64,000 bases of DNA from Eledone cirrhosa (taxonomy: Eukaryota): NCBI GenBank assembly GCA_964016885.1, contig OZ024740.1, positions 341,558,001-341,622,000 of the forward strand, given 5' to 3'. The notes beneath the pieces are model-generated. The model ran no database searches. It was not told the origin of the DNA and saw only the letters and a list, made by a program, of their open reading frames with translations. Positions 52,960 through 64,000 of the stretch are shown here, one piece after another. Position 1 is the stretch's first letter, and each line of letters starts with the position of its first letter. The position numbers and the translations under genes were made by a program.

Positions 52960-53483
52960 TAATGGTTTCTGAATTAGGCATAAGGTCAACAATTTTGGAG
53001 GAGGCAAAAGTCGATTAAATCGATTCCGTGTGTTACTGGTACTTTATTTTATCGATCCTGTAAGGATGAAAGGCAAAGCTAACCTTGGCGGTATTTGAAC
53101 TCAGAATGTAAAGCTACATAACTCTATGCTGCAAAGCATGTTGTCCGACCCTCTACCGATACTGCCAATCCACCACACTAAATAATAATAATTGTTTCTA
53201 CTTTCGATGTAAAGTTATGTTGGTACCACAACATCCAGTCCGAAACAATTGAGGTCGTGTAGGTGTCACAACAAAAAAACACACAGTCCATGCTGTAATG
53301 TGGCCGTGTAGGTAACACGGTAAAAACCTCCCAGTCCACACTGTAAACGTGGTTGGTGTTAGGAAGGGCATCCAGCCGTAGAAAACCCGCCAGACAGTCC
53401 TATACGAGCAAGACAACCAATCTTGCCTCAAGTGGGAAAACTCCCGTCCAAACCCATGCAAGCGTGGAAGATAGACGTTAAAC

Positions 53484-53514
<31 letters not shown>

Positions 53515-54248
53515 ACTGGTACTTTATTTTATCGACCCCGTAAGGATGAAAGGCACAGTTAACCTCGGCGGGATTTGAACTCAGATCGTAAAGGGACGTA
53601 ACTACGCTGGAAAGCATGTCTGACCCTCTACCAATACTGCCAATTCACCGCCCTAAATAATAATAATAGTTTCTTATATAGGCACAAGGCCAGCAATTTT
53701 TTGGGGAGGGGAAAGTCGATTAAATTGACCCCAGTGCCTGCCTGGTACTTTATTTTATCGACTCCTGTAAGGATGAAAGACAAAGTTAACCTCAGCACGA
53801 TTTGAACTCAGACCATAAAGGGACGTAACTCTATACTGCAAAGCATGGCGTCTGATCCTCTACCGATACTCCCAATCCACCAGTAATAATTGTTTCTATT
53901 TTTGGCACAAGGCCAGCAATTGTCCAGTGTATTACTGGTACTTTATTTTATCGACCCTGTAATAATGATAATACTTTTACATCTGTTTTTCCATGTTTGC
54001 ATTGATCAGATGACTCTTTTCCAGCACAGCCTTCCTTCACTTGTTGTGTTCATCATTTCTGTGAAGTTCAGCACTTTCAGATCTGCTTTCACCATTTCTG
54101 CCAAGATCTTTCTTGGTCTTTCTCGGCATTACTGGTACTTGATTTTATCAACCCCCCCCACCACCACAAGGATGAAAGGCAAAACTAATCTCAGCGGTAG
54201 TTGAACTCAGAACGTAAAGGGCCATAACTTAGTACCAATCCACCACCG
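52960..54248 (-). mobile_element. Cluster of five family B SINE copies with an RTE 3'UTR fragment (+, 53207-53512)
   Basis: Repeated family B cores; 53207-53512 matches the RTE 3'UTR and tail. Confidence 0.8.
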
Positions 54249-54369
54249 AATGGTAGTGACAGTAATTATGATAGCCACAATATAACAATACCAATGATGA
54301 CTGCTGTATGATTGTAATATTTTAGCAGCATTTATTCTGGCTCTTTACATTCATCCTCCTCCAACTCTT

Positions 54370-54370
54370 T

Positions 54371-54401
<31 letters not shown>

Positions 54402-54625
54402 CCATCATCATTATCACCATCATCATCATCATTGTCCTCCTCCTCCTCCTCCTCATCATCATCACCACCACCACCACCACCACCACCATCACCACCACCA
54501 CCATCATCATCATCATCAGCATCATCATCATCACCATCATCACCATCATCACCATCATCATCATCATTGCCCCCCCTCCTCCTCCTCATCATCACCACCA
54601 CCAGCACCACCATCATCATCATCAT
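54370..54625. repeat. (CAT)/(CAC)/(CCT) microsatellite
   Basis: Direct reading. Confidence 0.95.
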
Positions 54626-55539
54626 TTAATGGGCATTTTTCTATGCTAGCATAGGTTCTGAGTTCAAATCCTGCTGTTGTCAACTTTGCCTTTCATCCTT
54701 CCAGGATTGATAAAATAATGTACCAGTAAAAAACTGGGGTTGATATAATCAACTTTCTTCTCCCCCTCCCCACCTCAAAAAGAAAGATTGCTGGCTTTGT
54801 GCCTAACGTAGGGCCCATTATAACAACCAGCATCATCAATGAAGTAGCATCATCATGTGTTGTTGTCAGACCTCTCTCCTTTCCCTGAAGATGAACGCTC
54901 CAGCTGATGCAATCAACTGAACAGCCGGCTCATGAAATCAATGAGCAAGTGGTTAAGCATTCCACAGACATGCACACTCTTAATGTAGTTTGCAGGGAGA
55001 TTCAGTATCAAACAGTGAGTGATAAGGCTGGCCCCATGAATTACAGGTACAACCCATTTTTGTCAGTTGAGCATACTGAAGCAATGTAAAATAAAGTGTC
55101 TTGTTCAAGGACACAACACACTGCCAGTCAAAGAATCAAGCTCATGACCCTACAATCATGAGCCTAGCACTTTAACAACTAAGCCAAATGCCTTCTCAAG
55201 TAAAGTCAGATATTTATAGATGTAGACAGACTTATCTTTCTTCTTATAGATACCAAGTTTTATCAAGATTTTAATATATAGGTAGGCATGCCGGTGTGGT
55301 TAAGAAGTTCTCAGTTAACTGCACTTTCATATTTAACCACACTACCATAGTTAACCACACTACCACAGTTGAGCACACTACTATCAATCAATACCATTTG
55401 GATTTTAGACTACTGTAAAATTTGATAGAAATTACATATATAATATTTCGGACATTATTTATGGGCTGACCTGATACATTTCCACACTTATCCACTTTTA
55501 CAGCTGTTAAAAAAACTTCATCATCATTATTATCATCAT

Positions 55540-56420
55540 CACCACCACAACCACCACCACCACCACCACTCTAACTACCACTTCCACCACCACCACAATC
55601 ACCACTACCACCACCACTATCACCATAACCACCACCATCACCACTCAAACCACAACTTCCACCACCACCACCACCACCACCACCACCACCACTCTAACTA
55701 CCACTTCCACCACCACCACAATCACCACTACCACCACCACAATCACTACCACCACCACCATCACCACTCAAACCACAACTTCCACCACCACCACCACCAC
55801 CACCACCACCACCACCACCACTCTAACTACCACTTCCACCACCACCACAATCACCACTACCACCACTACAATCACTACCACCACCACCATCACCACTCAA
55901 ACCACAACTTCCACCACCACCACCACCACCACCACCACCACCACCACCACTCTAACTACCACTTCCACCACCACCACAATCACCACTACCACCACTACAA
56001 TCACTACCACCACCACCATCACCACTCAAACCACAACTTCCACCACTGCCACCACCACCACCACTCTAACTACCACTTCCACCACCACTATCACCATAAC
56101 CACCACATCACCATCACCACCACCACCATCACCTCTCAAACCACATGGTGATGATGATGATGGTGGTGGTGGTGGAAGTCACCACCAACACCACTCTAAC
56201 TACCACTTCCATCACCACCACCATCACCACCACCACTCTAACTACCACTTCCACCACTACCACAATCACCACTACCACCACCACTATCACCATCACCACC
56301 ACCTCCATCACCACTCAAACCACAACTTCCACCACCACCACCACCATCACCACTCAAACCACAACTTCCACCACCACCACCACCTCCATCACCACTACCA
56401 CCACTACCACCACCTCAATC
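55540..56420. repeat. CAC-derived higher-order minisatellite (~120-130-bp unit)
   Basis: actctaactaccacttcc and actcaaaccacaacttcc recur about every 120-130 bp. Confidence 0.85.
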
Positions 56421-56711
56421 GTTATCATCATCCTCATCGTGTTACGTTCACTTTCCATACTGGCATGGGTTAAACTACTTACATTCAACAAAATAATTAT
56501 AGCCCCCACCAAAAAAATACATATCTCACAAAGCAACATGATATATATACCTGCAATTACTCAACATGAGCAACAAACCAGATTAAAGGTATGGGCACCC
56601 TCAAACACAATACCAGACATGTCAATTCTCCCCATCTGACACGGAGATCTCCCACCCACTTTGGGGTGGGTGAGAGATGTCTTCTCTTGTGAAAATGTGT
56701 ATAGCTTACAT

Positions 56712-56900
56712 GCGGTGGATTGGCAGTATCAGTAGAGGATCGGACGCCATGCTTTCTAGCATAGTTACGTCCCTTTACGATCTGAGTTCAAATCCCGCCG
56801 AGGTTGACTTTGCCTTTCATCCTTACGGGGTCGATAAAATAAAGTACCAGTAATGCACTGGGTAATTGCTGGCCTTGTGCCTAAAATAGAAACAATTATG
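56712..56900 (+). mobile_element. tRNA-SINE family B, full length
   Basis: Matches 38518-38706. Confidence 0.9.
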
Positions 56901-57179
56901 TAAAATTTCCTCATTTTGCCTCATTTCTCCCTGTTTTGGAGCACTTTTTTTCATGGTACTCCCTATTTGGGTTTTTAGAGGTTGGCAGGCCTGCAATACA
57001 CCAACACCACATACAACAGAAATAGCATTCAGCCTAAACATAAAACTAAACAACAAAATAACAAAAATAAATAAGTAAATAAAATAAATATTTGAAAAAC
57101 AGAAAAGTGTCAAATATTTTTATCTGATATAAAATTCAGAACAAACAATAAAACTCTGTATAGAGTAATTAGCTTCATT

Positions 57180-57420
57180 ATCATCTCCAACAACAGTGAA
57201 GACTACATCACCTTCCATGTCACAATATTATAACTCTACAGTGGAGACTCTGATGTCATTGACCCTAGGACTACCTCCCTACTCACCACCATTGACACAG
57301 AGTTGGCTAGCCGCAGGTGTGAGCCTCGCAAACTGAAATGGCTCTTCCAACGCGTCTCCCTCACCATCCTCCAAGCAAATGTCTTCTTTACTCTGTTCGC
57401 TGGGGCCATCAGGCAACCAG
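57180..57420 (+). pseudogene. CRE-clade RLE remnant
   Basis: SDVIDPRTTSLLTTID..RCEPRKLKWLFQRVSLTILQANVF. Confidence 0.6.
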
Positions 57421-57581
57421 AGCATGGGCCTCCATTTGTTTATAATAGTGAGAGATAGGGAGAGCAAAAGAAATGGAGACAGTGACAATGGGAATTTGAT
57501 TCCATTATGTTCAGACCTAATACATATGCATATATTTATTTACCACACCATATATAAATTCTATTCCATATTAACCAAATA

Positions 57582-57804
57582 TTAACCCTTTAGTATTTAC
57601 ATTACTCTATATTTGCTACTGTATTTTCATGGTAAATGTTTTAGTGCACATAAACATCTCACATAATATTGAATCTATGAGATTTTGATGTTATTTATTT
57701 TGAGAACAATACATTAACATCAGTATGAGCAGCCAATTACAGCCGATTTGAACAGGTGAGAGAATTCTGGCCGGATATGGCTGGTTTAAATGCTAAAGGA
57801 TTAA
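57582..57804 (+). mobile_element. piggyBac-like MITE
   Basis: TTAA-CCCTTTAG...CTAAAGGA-TTAA. Confidence 0.85.
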
Positions 57805-60292
57805 TGTTAAGAAGATAACTTCTCTGTTTGTTTGTTTTTTATTTGTCTTTGCGGCATTGTCAGTAATGAATTATAAACTGAATAATGCAACTCTACAGTT
57901 GTCACTGACAATCGAGTATCACTTAGTATGTATCTTACTTTTACTAAGAGTTTTTGGTCCTCATTCAGTTGTGAATAGACACAAGCACACTTTTGACCCT
58001 CACTCTCTTGATCCAGTGGAACATTCAGGATGTGACAGCTATAGAAGGAGAGAGGGTTACACCAACATTGGGTTAGTATTTCCTTTATATGAAAGATGAA
58101 AGACTGAGTGGATCTCAGTAGGATTTAGACTCAGAATGCAGAGACCAGAAACAAATATCGAATGCCCTAACAATTCTCCCAAATCAGTTACTCTCAGGTC
58201 TGGAATAATTGTCCCCACTCCACTTATTAATTTTTCATACAGCCCCCCCCCGCCCCTTATGAAAATTTGCTTATCTATCTCCAGCGAAATTTTATTGTAA
58301 GGGAATCATATTGATACAGCAGCTAGAGAATCTAATAATAATTTCATTTTACATTAAAAAACATTATTATACGACAAAAAAAGAGCATTACCAGAAATCC
58401 CATATTTACAAACATACGCTACACAATTACCCCCCACCCCTACGCACTTACAATAAGAACTTAAAAAAATGTCCAACCCCCCCATTTATTCCCCCCCCCC
58501 CCTGTTATTTGGGACCCTAGAATACCTTATGTCACAATGACATCTCCAAATAACATATATACACTCTAACACCAAACAAATGCCATTTCCAGACATTTTT
58601 TAAAAAGTAGGCCATGCAAAGCTACGCAAGGAAAACAGGAATATAAAATGAAAAATATGCATATTCCTCGTTGACCATGTTTTTTATCCCTTTCTTCCAC
58701 CAGACACATCAAAACCAATAACAAAATTTAAAACCACAAAAGTATGATAACATCCCAACATGCACCTATCTCAGCCTGAAGAAATAAACAGTCATTCACA
58801 TTCTCTTATCATTCTCAAGAAACAGGCGAAACAGCATAGGAACCTGGCTACACAATAACACACTAGATAGCAGCTACCACTGTCTCTCTTCTTACTAGCA
58901 ACAGCAGATACAACAAATACAACAACAACTACACTCAGAAACAAAATCATACCACACATATATGTATGTATGGACCTGTAACTCCTAATAAAGGTAAAGG
59001 GCTGCTCCTAATAAATGTAAAGGACAGCATGTCTTGGGCATTGAAGCCTGGCAGAGTCCATTCCTTTACAGGTCTTAATACAGCTGATTTCTTCCAGAGA
59101 AGGAAATAGAGTGAGGGAGAGAAGTGAAAAGAGATATAGATGAAGAATTTCCCAAAACTGGACTGGTACTTTTTTTTATTAACTTTGAAACAAGGAAAGG
59201 TAAAGTTGACCTCAGTGAGATTTGAACTCAGAGAACACAGAGAGCTGGAATGAATACTACAAAGCATTCTATCTGTCTTTTCACACCACACATACAAAAG
59301 ACAAAAATACAAGGAGTTACATACCCTACCACTACAATATTAACAGCACACATTAGGCGACATAGTAAGGAGAACAAAGCAACACACACATATTTGGAGA
59401 AATCACAAGCCAACAAAAGGAAACAACAATAATTCTGTACAAACAGTACAGTAGATCCAACATGGGCTATGCCAGTTCTGTCTGGGCCCTAAATCTCTCC
59501 ATAATAAACTACAAAGAACACACAACACTACATTTGATATCATCACAGATTGTATACAAACAGCTCCATTGACCAATGATGAGATTGAACCAAGGACCAC
59601 ATCATTGTAAAGTCAACTTCTTATACACACAGCCATGCCTGTGCCCTTAACACTTTGTCCCAGTTTATACTGTTCTAATATTAAGAAACTAATTTTTTTC
59701 ATATCCCAGTCTTATCTTTCTGCACTACTGATTAATACATCTTCTGTTTGATAAGTCAACTATATTAACATCATTTAAGAAATCTTTCCCAATTCACTTT
59801 CTATAGCTTTATTCTGCTAGATATACAATCCTGCCTTATTGGAGTGAACATAATATATATCAGCTGTATTTTGGATAAAGTTTTTGGAAAGGGATGTTAT
59901 TCTTTGAAAGTGAATCCCTTAAAGCATCTTTTATTTATCAAGAGTTCCTGCTAATTAACTAGAAGTAGTTTACAAATTGTCTGTCCATATTGACGCCATA
60001 GAGATTTTCTTTATTTACAAAGACAGGACGTGTGATATTTGTGAGGTTTGTGGCAGTGAAAGGCCAATGCATGTAATAGATAGGGAAGAATTAGAACAAG
60101 AATCAACTTGATGTTATAGCTCTAAATTAAAATAAAACCAGATTTTTTATTAGACTATGTAAGTCTATGTGAATACATTCCAGCCTATACTAAAATGTTG
60201 CTACAATATTAGTGAATGATTGAATTTATTATGTCTATTTAATAAACCATAGCTGTTCAAATAATCATTTTCATGGCCATAGACATTGTGGC

Positions 60293-60521
60293 TTAACCCT
60301 TTAGCCTTTACATTACTCTATATTTACTACTGTATTTTCATGGTAAAGGCTTTACCTTACATAATTATCTCATATAATATTGAATCTATGAGATTTTGAT
60401 ATTATTAATTTTGAGAACAATGCCTTAACATCAATATGAGTGGCCAGTTGCAGCTGGTTTGAGCAGAAAGTGGTGAGAGAATTCTGGCCAGATATGACTG
60501 GTTTAGATGCTAAATGGTTAA
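60293..60521 (+). mobile_element. piggyBac-like MITE
   Basis: TTAA-CCCTTTAG...CTAAATGG-TTAA. Confidence 0.85.
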
Positions 60522-61399
60522 ATTATGTTTGCTGTATTATGCAGTCATGGTTGTGTGGTTAAGAAATTTGTTTCACAACTATGCTGTTTCAGGTATGATC
60601 TCACTGTGCTGCACTTTGGGCAAGTATCTTCTTTCATAGCCTTAGGTTACCAAAGCCTTGTGAATAAAATTAGGTACATAGTCAGCATACAGTTGGTGTT
60701 GTTATAGTTTAGTCATAGACATATGGCATGCAGGTAGTCAATCAAACAACTAGGGACAACTCAGGTCCATTATTCCAGATGTATCATATCTCTACACAGC
60801 TGAGGATCATACTACACACCCAACATTCCAATACCCTTTTGATACCAAACTGCCTGAAACCTCTCCTGGTTTTGTTACAAATATGTTTGTTTTAAAATGT
60901 TTATATTTAACTAAAATCTTTCTGTCATAATTTTATATAACAACCCTTGTTAAGTTATGTTCTAAATACTAGCTTGATAATGAGAATGTTAGGCTATAGT
61001 AGAAAAGACTTGTTCAAAGCATCACTCAGTGAGATAGAACTTGAAACTACATAACTGCACAGCCATGCCTACAGTCATATGGATTGTGAAATATGGGTAG
61101 GGATAAAACCACATAGTTGCAAAGCAAACTTCTTAACCACACAGCCATGCCTGCAGCTATATAGATTGTGAAATATGGGTAGGGATAGCAGAATAGTGTT
61201 ATTGAGAAGAAATGAGATAAGTGTAGTTTAATACGTAATATAAATATGAGAGACATGTTACATGATGCTAGTTATATAAACAACCAGTGGAAATGTTTAT
61301 GTGGTTCATGCATAAAGGGAAAATGATAGTATTGAATTAAATCGTTAGAAATACAAAAGTACATCATGCTTAAGAAGTTTATCATTAAATTTGGTATTA

Positions 61400-61900
61400 A
61401 GGAAGCTTTCTTTTTCTCTTCTTTTTCTTCTTCTTTGCCCACTTATTTCTGAGAAGGTCGTGGGGGCACAATCCTCAAACACACTTTTCAGCTGGTCTTG
61501 TCAGGAGCAACCATCTCTAATTGATTCAGCTGGATCTCCAAGTGAGACAGCCGAGCTCATGGATGTTATCCAACCAGCTTGCTCAGAGTCGTACAGTTGG
61601 GTTCCATAGGTAAGATTTGGCACAAATACCAAATTGAAGATAGCAAGTTTGGCTTTTTATATCTACCTCCTTTTTCTGATTATCAAATACTGAAGCTGGC
61701 ACTTTACTGCACCAGCTCCTGCAATTCTTGCACTTAATTCAGTCTCCTGCCTTCCATCACTCGTGAACATGGCACCTAGACACTTCAACTTCTCCACTTG
61801 CTTCAGTTGCTTTAGTGAAACTCCACTCACATGTAGAGTGCACATTTGAAAGGACAAACACCTCAGTCTTCACAGCACTGATTTTCATTCCAGCCATGCA
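61400..61900 (-). pseudogene. RTE (Expander-like) LINE fragment, internally deleted
   Basis: GMKISAVKTEV..QVEKLKCLGAMFTSDGRQETELSARI; 3' part matches 38320-38450. Confidence 0.7.
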
Positions 61901-62457
61901 GAGGAGAAGGAGAAGAGTGAAGAGGAAGGGAATGATGATGATTATGATTATTAATTTTGCCAATTGCCAAAAATGTAGAAAGAGTTAGATACTACAGCCT
62001 GCAAGTTTGATCTATTATAATCCATGCAATGACTCAGAGGCTGGCCCAATGCTGTTGATCACACAAATGCATGACATAGATAAAAAGAAAAAAGATAACA
62101 TTCATATCCATTTCTACTCTCTTTAGTTTATGTCAATGTCCTTCTTCAGTCTTTGAAATATAATGACTGTGACTATCTAGTCAGTTAGCTGCAGTCAGAG
62201 ATGGAAATTTGACAGAAATGGTTTATGTAAAGGAAACTGGAGAATCAGTAATAGTCTTAACATCCTGTGCTGTATGAAACTGCATTAACAAGACATTCTT
62301 AACAAAAAGCAAACAAAAAACTACACTATGACTGCATCACATTGAAAATTTATGTATTTTCTGTAATGTTGCAAACTTTCATGAAGATTTGTCTAATAGT
62401 AAAGATACTACAAGCATTTGAATTAACAAACCCACTTTTAGATATTTTCTATTAAAT

Positions 62458-63230
62458 GATTACAGTATATATAAGTATGTATACGTACATACATATATGT
62501 ATACAAACGTATATATATATACATACATGCACACATATATATATGTACGTATGGATTCACCGGCTTAATTCACGGCTTAATACGGGATGTTTGTTTACAA
62601 AACACCGAGCATTATAATAAATGTTCGGTGAATCCATACGTACATATATATATGTGTGCATGTATGTATATATATATACATACTACTGTACGTCTGTATA
62701 CATATATGTATGTACGTATACATACTTATATTTAAGTAACAGCCGTACTAAGAGTGGGAAATGAAATTTCCTTTTATTTTTTTCCGTTTTATCGTTTTCG
62801 GTGCACCCGGCCGATTAACCCACTCGATATGCAAATTAGGCTGCTCAGCTGTTAATATGCATAAGAAAGTATATACTTTCAGATGTTCAATCATCTGGCA
62901 GGAAGGTATACATTGCTGACGATAGCTAATAAGCTTGAAACTAGTACAGCGTTCCTTTGTCAGTGTTGAACAAACGAGCAACGATGGTTGCTGGACACTA
63001 CGGCTTAATACGGAATGTTTGTTTACAAACACACTGAGCATTATAATAAATGTTCGGTGAATCCATATGTACATATATATATGTGTGCATGTATGTATAT
63101 ATAAATATATACATACTACTGTACGTCTGTATACATATATGTATGTACGTATACATATTTATATTTAAGTAACAGCCGTACTAAGAGTGGGAAATGAAAT
63201 TTTGTTTCATTTTTTCCGATTACAGTATAT
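62458..63230 (+). mobile_element. Retrozyme-like non-autonomous Penelope-type insertion: inverted segment plus ~1.5 tandem 428-nt monomers, 13-bp TSD
   Basis: TSD GATTACAGTATAT at 62458-62470 and 63218-63230; cggcttaatacgg at 62573 and 63001; 62471-62561 is the inverse of 62628-62730; HHR at 62910. Confidence 0.8.
62910..62952 (+). ncRNA. Minimal type I hammerhead ribozyme
   Basis: acattg-CTGACGA-tagct-aata-agctt-GAAA-ctag-TA-cagcgt; core identical to the 37570 copy. Confidence 0.75.
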
Positions 63231-63463
63231 TAAGAGTTAAACTAGTGTGTTTGTGTTGAACTCGATCAGTTTTGACAAGAGATGTTCCAGTTGTTTGAAC
63301 AATAGAACAGCCTGCTCATGAGAATGTGTAAGTGGCTGAGCATTCCACCGAAACATGCAACATTAATGTAGTTTTCAGGACCTCTATTGGCCATAATGAC
63401 AAGTGCTTCAGTTGATTGATCTATGGGACAAATTGGTTGTGAAATTAATAGACATGTGTATCC

Positions 63464-63679
63464 TTAACCCATTAGCATTTAAACTGGCCATATCCGGCCA
63501 GAATTCTCTCATCTCTTTCTGTTCAAACCAGCCATGACCGGCCACTCATACTGACATTAAGGTATTGTTCTCAAAATAAATAATATCAAAATCTCATAGA
63601 TTCGATACTATGTGAGATAAAGTCTTTACCGTGAAAATACAATAGAATATATAGAGTAATGTAAATGCTAAAGGGTTAA
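63464..63679 (-). mobile_element. piggyBac-like MITE
   Basis: TTAA-CCCATTAGCATTTA...TAAATGCTAAAGGG-TTAA. Confidence 0.85.
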
Positions 63680-64000
63680 CCTAATTCTCAGTGTGTGGCA
63701 TGTCTGGCACTTTGAATTACTGGTACAGGTCATTTTTACCAGCTGAGTGAACCAATGCAATGTGAAATAAAATGTCATGCACAGTTATTTCTGCTAAAAT
63801 AATTTTAGTAAATCTCTCAAAATACTTAATTAATTAATTGAAATATAGTTTATTTCAGTAGAAATATAGTCATGAAATAGCTAATCACAAGGGTATGCAC
63901 CAATATGAGGCTGGGCCTACGTGAAATTATTTCTCTGGGACATCAAGGAATTTGAAATGAAAATTAGTTACATTACAACACTGTGTCCATTAATGGTGCA

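Noticed and set aside
57279-57488. Minus-strand ORF ending at a good GTGAGT donor (possible exon)
   Set aside because: It is the antisense of a CRE RLE remnant (WLFQRVSLTIL on the plus strand)

Overview
AT-rich, microsatellite-dense metazoan DNA with no confidently identifiable host gene; it is probably intergenic or a very large intron. The SINE and LINE repertoire suggests an octopus or other coleoid cephalopod (inference). Mobile DNA dominates. It includes a near-complete CR1-group LINE ORF2 (APE+RT, one internal stop) and three young 5'-truncated RTE LINEs with a C4HC3 PHD-like finger inside the RT. There are also remnants of CRE, R4/Dong, Vingi/Ingi, other RTE and mariner elements, two tRNA-SINE families, a TTAA piggyBac-like MITE family, Helitrons and a probable solo LTR. 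The most striking unannotated signal is a set of short non-coding elements, mostly embedded in (TA)n tracts, carrying type I hammerhead ribozyme (HHR) motifs. I find about 9 full or decayed motifs from several unrelated sequence families, plus a family of half-ribozyme foldbacks. One (62458-63230) is a TSD-flanked insertion made of an inverted segment plus about 1.5 tandem copies of a ~428-nt HHR monomer, the structure expected for a Penelope-mobilised retrozyme. All folds were done by eye; coordinates of degenerate elements are approximate.
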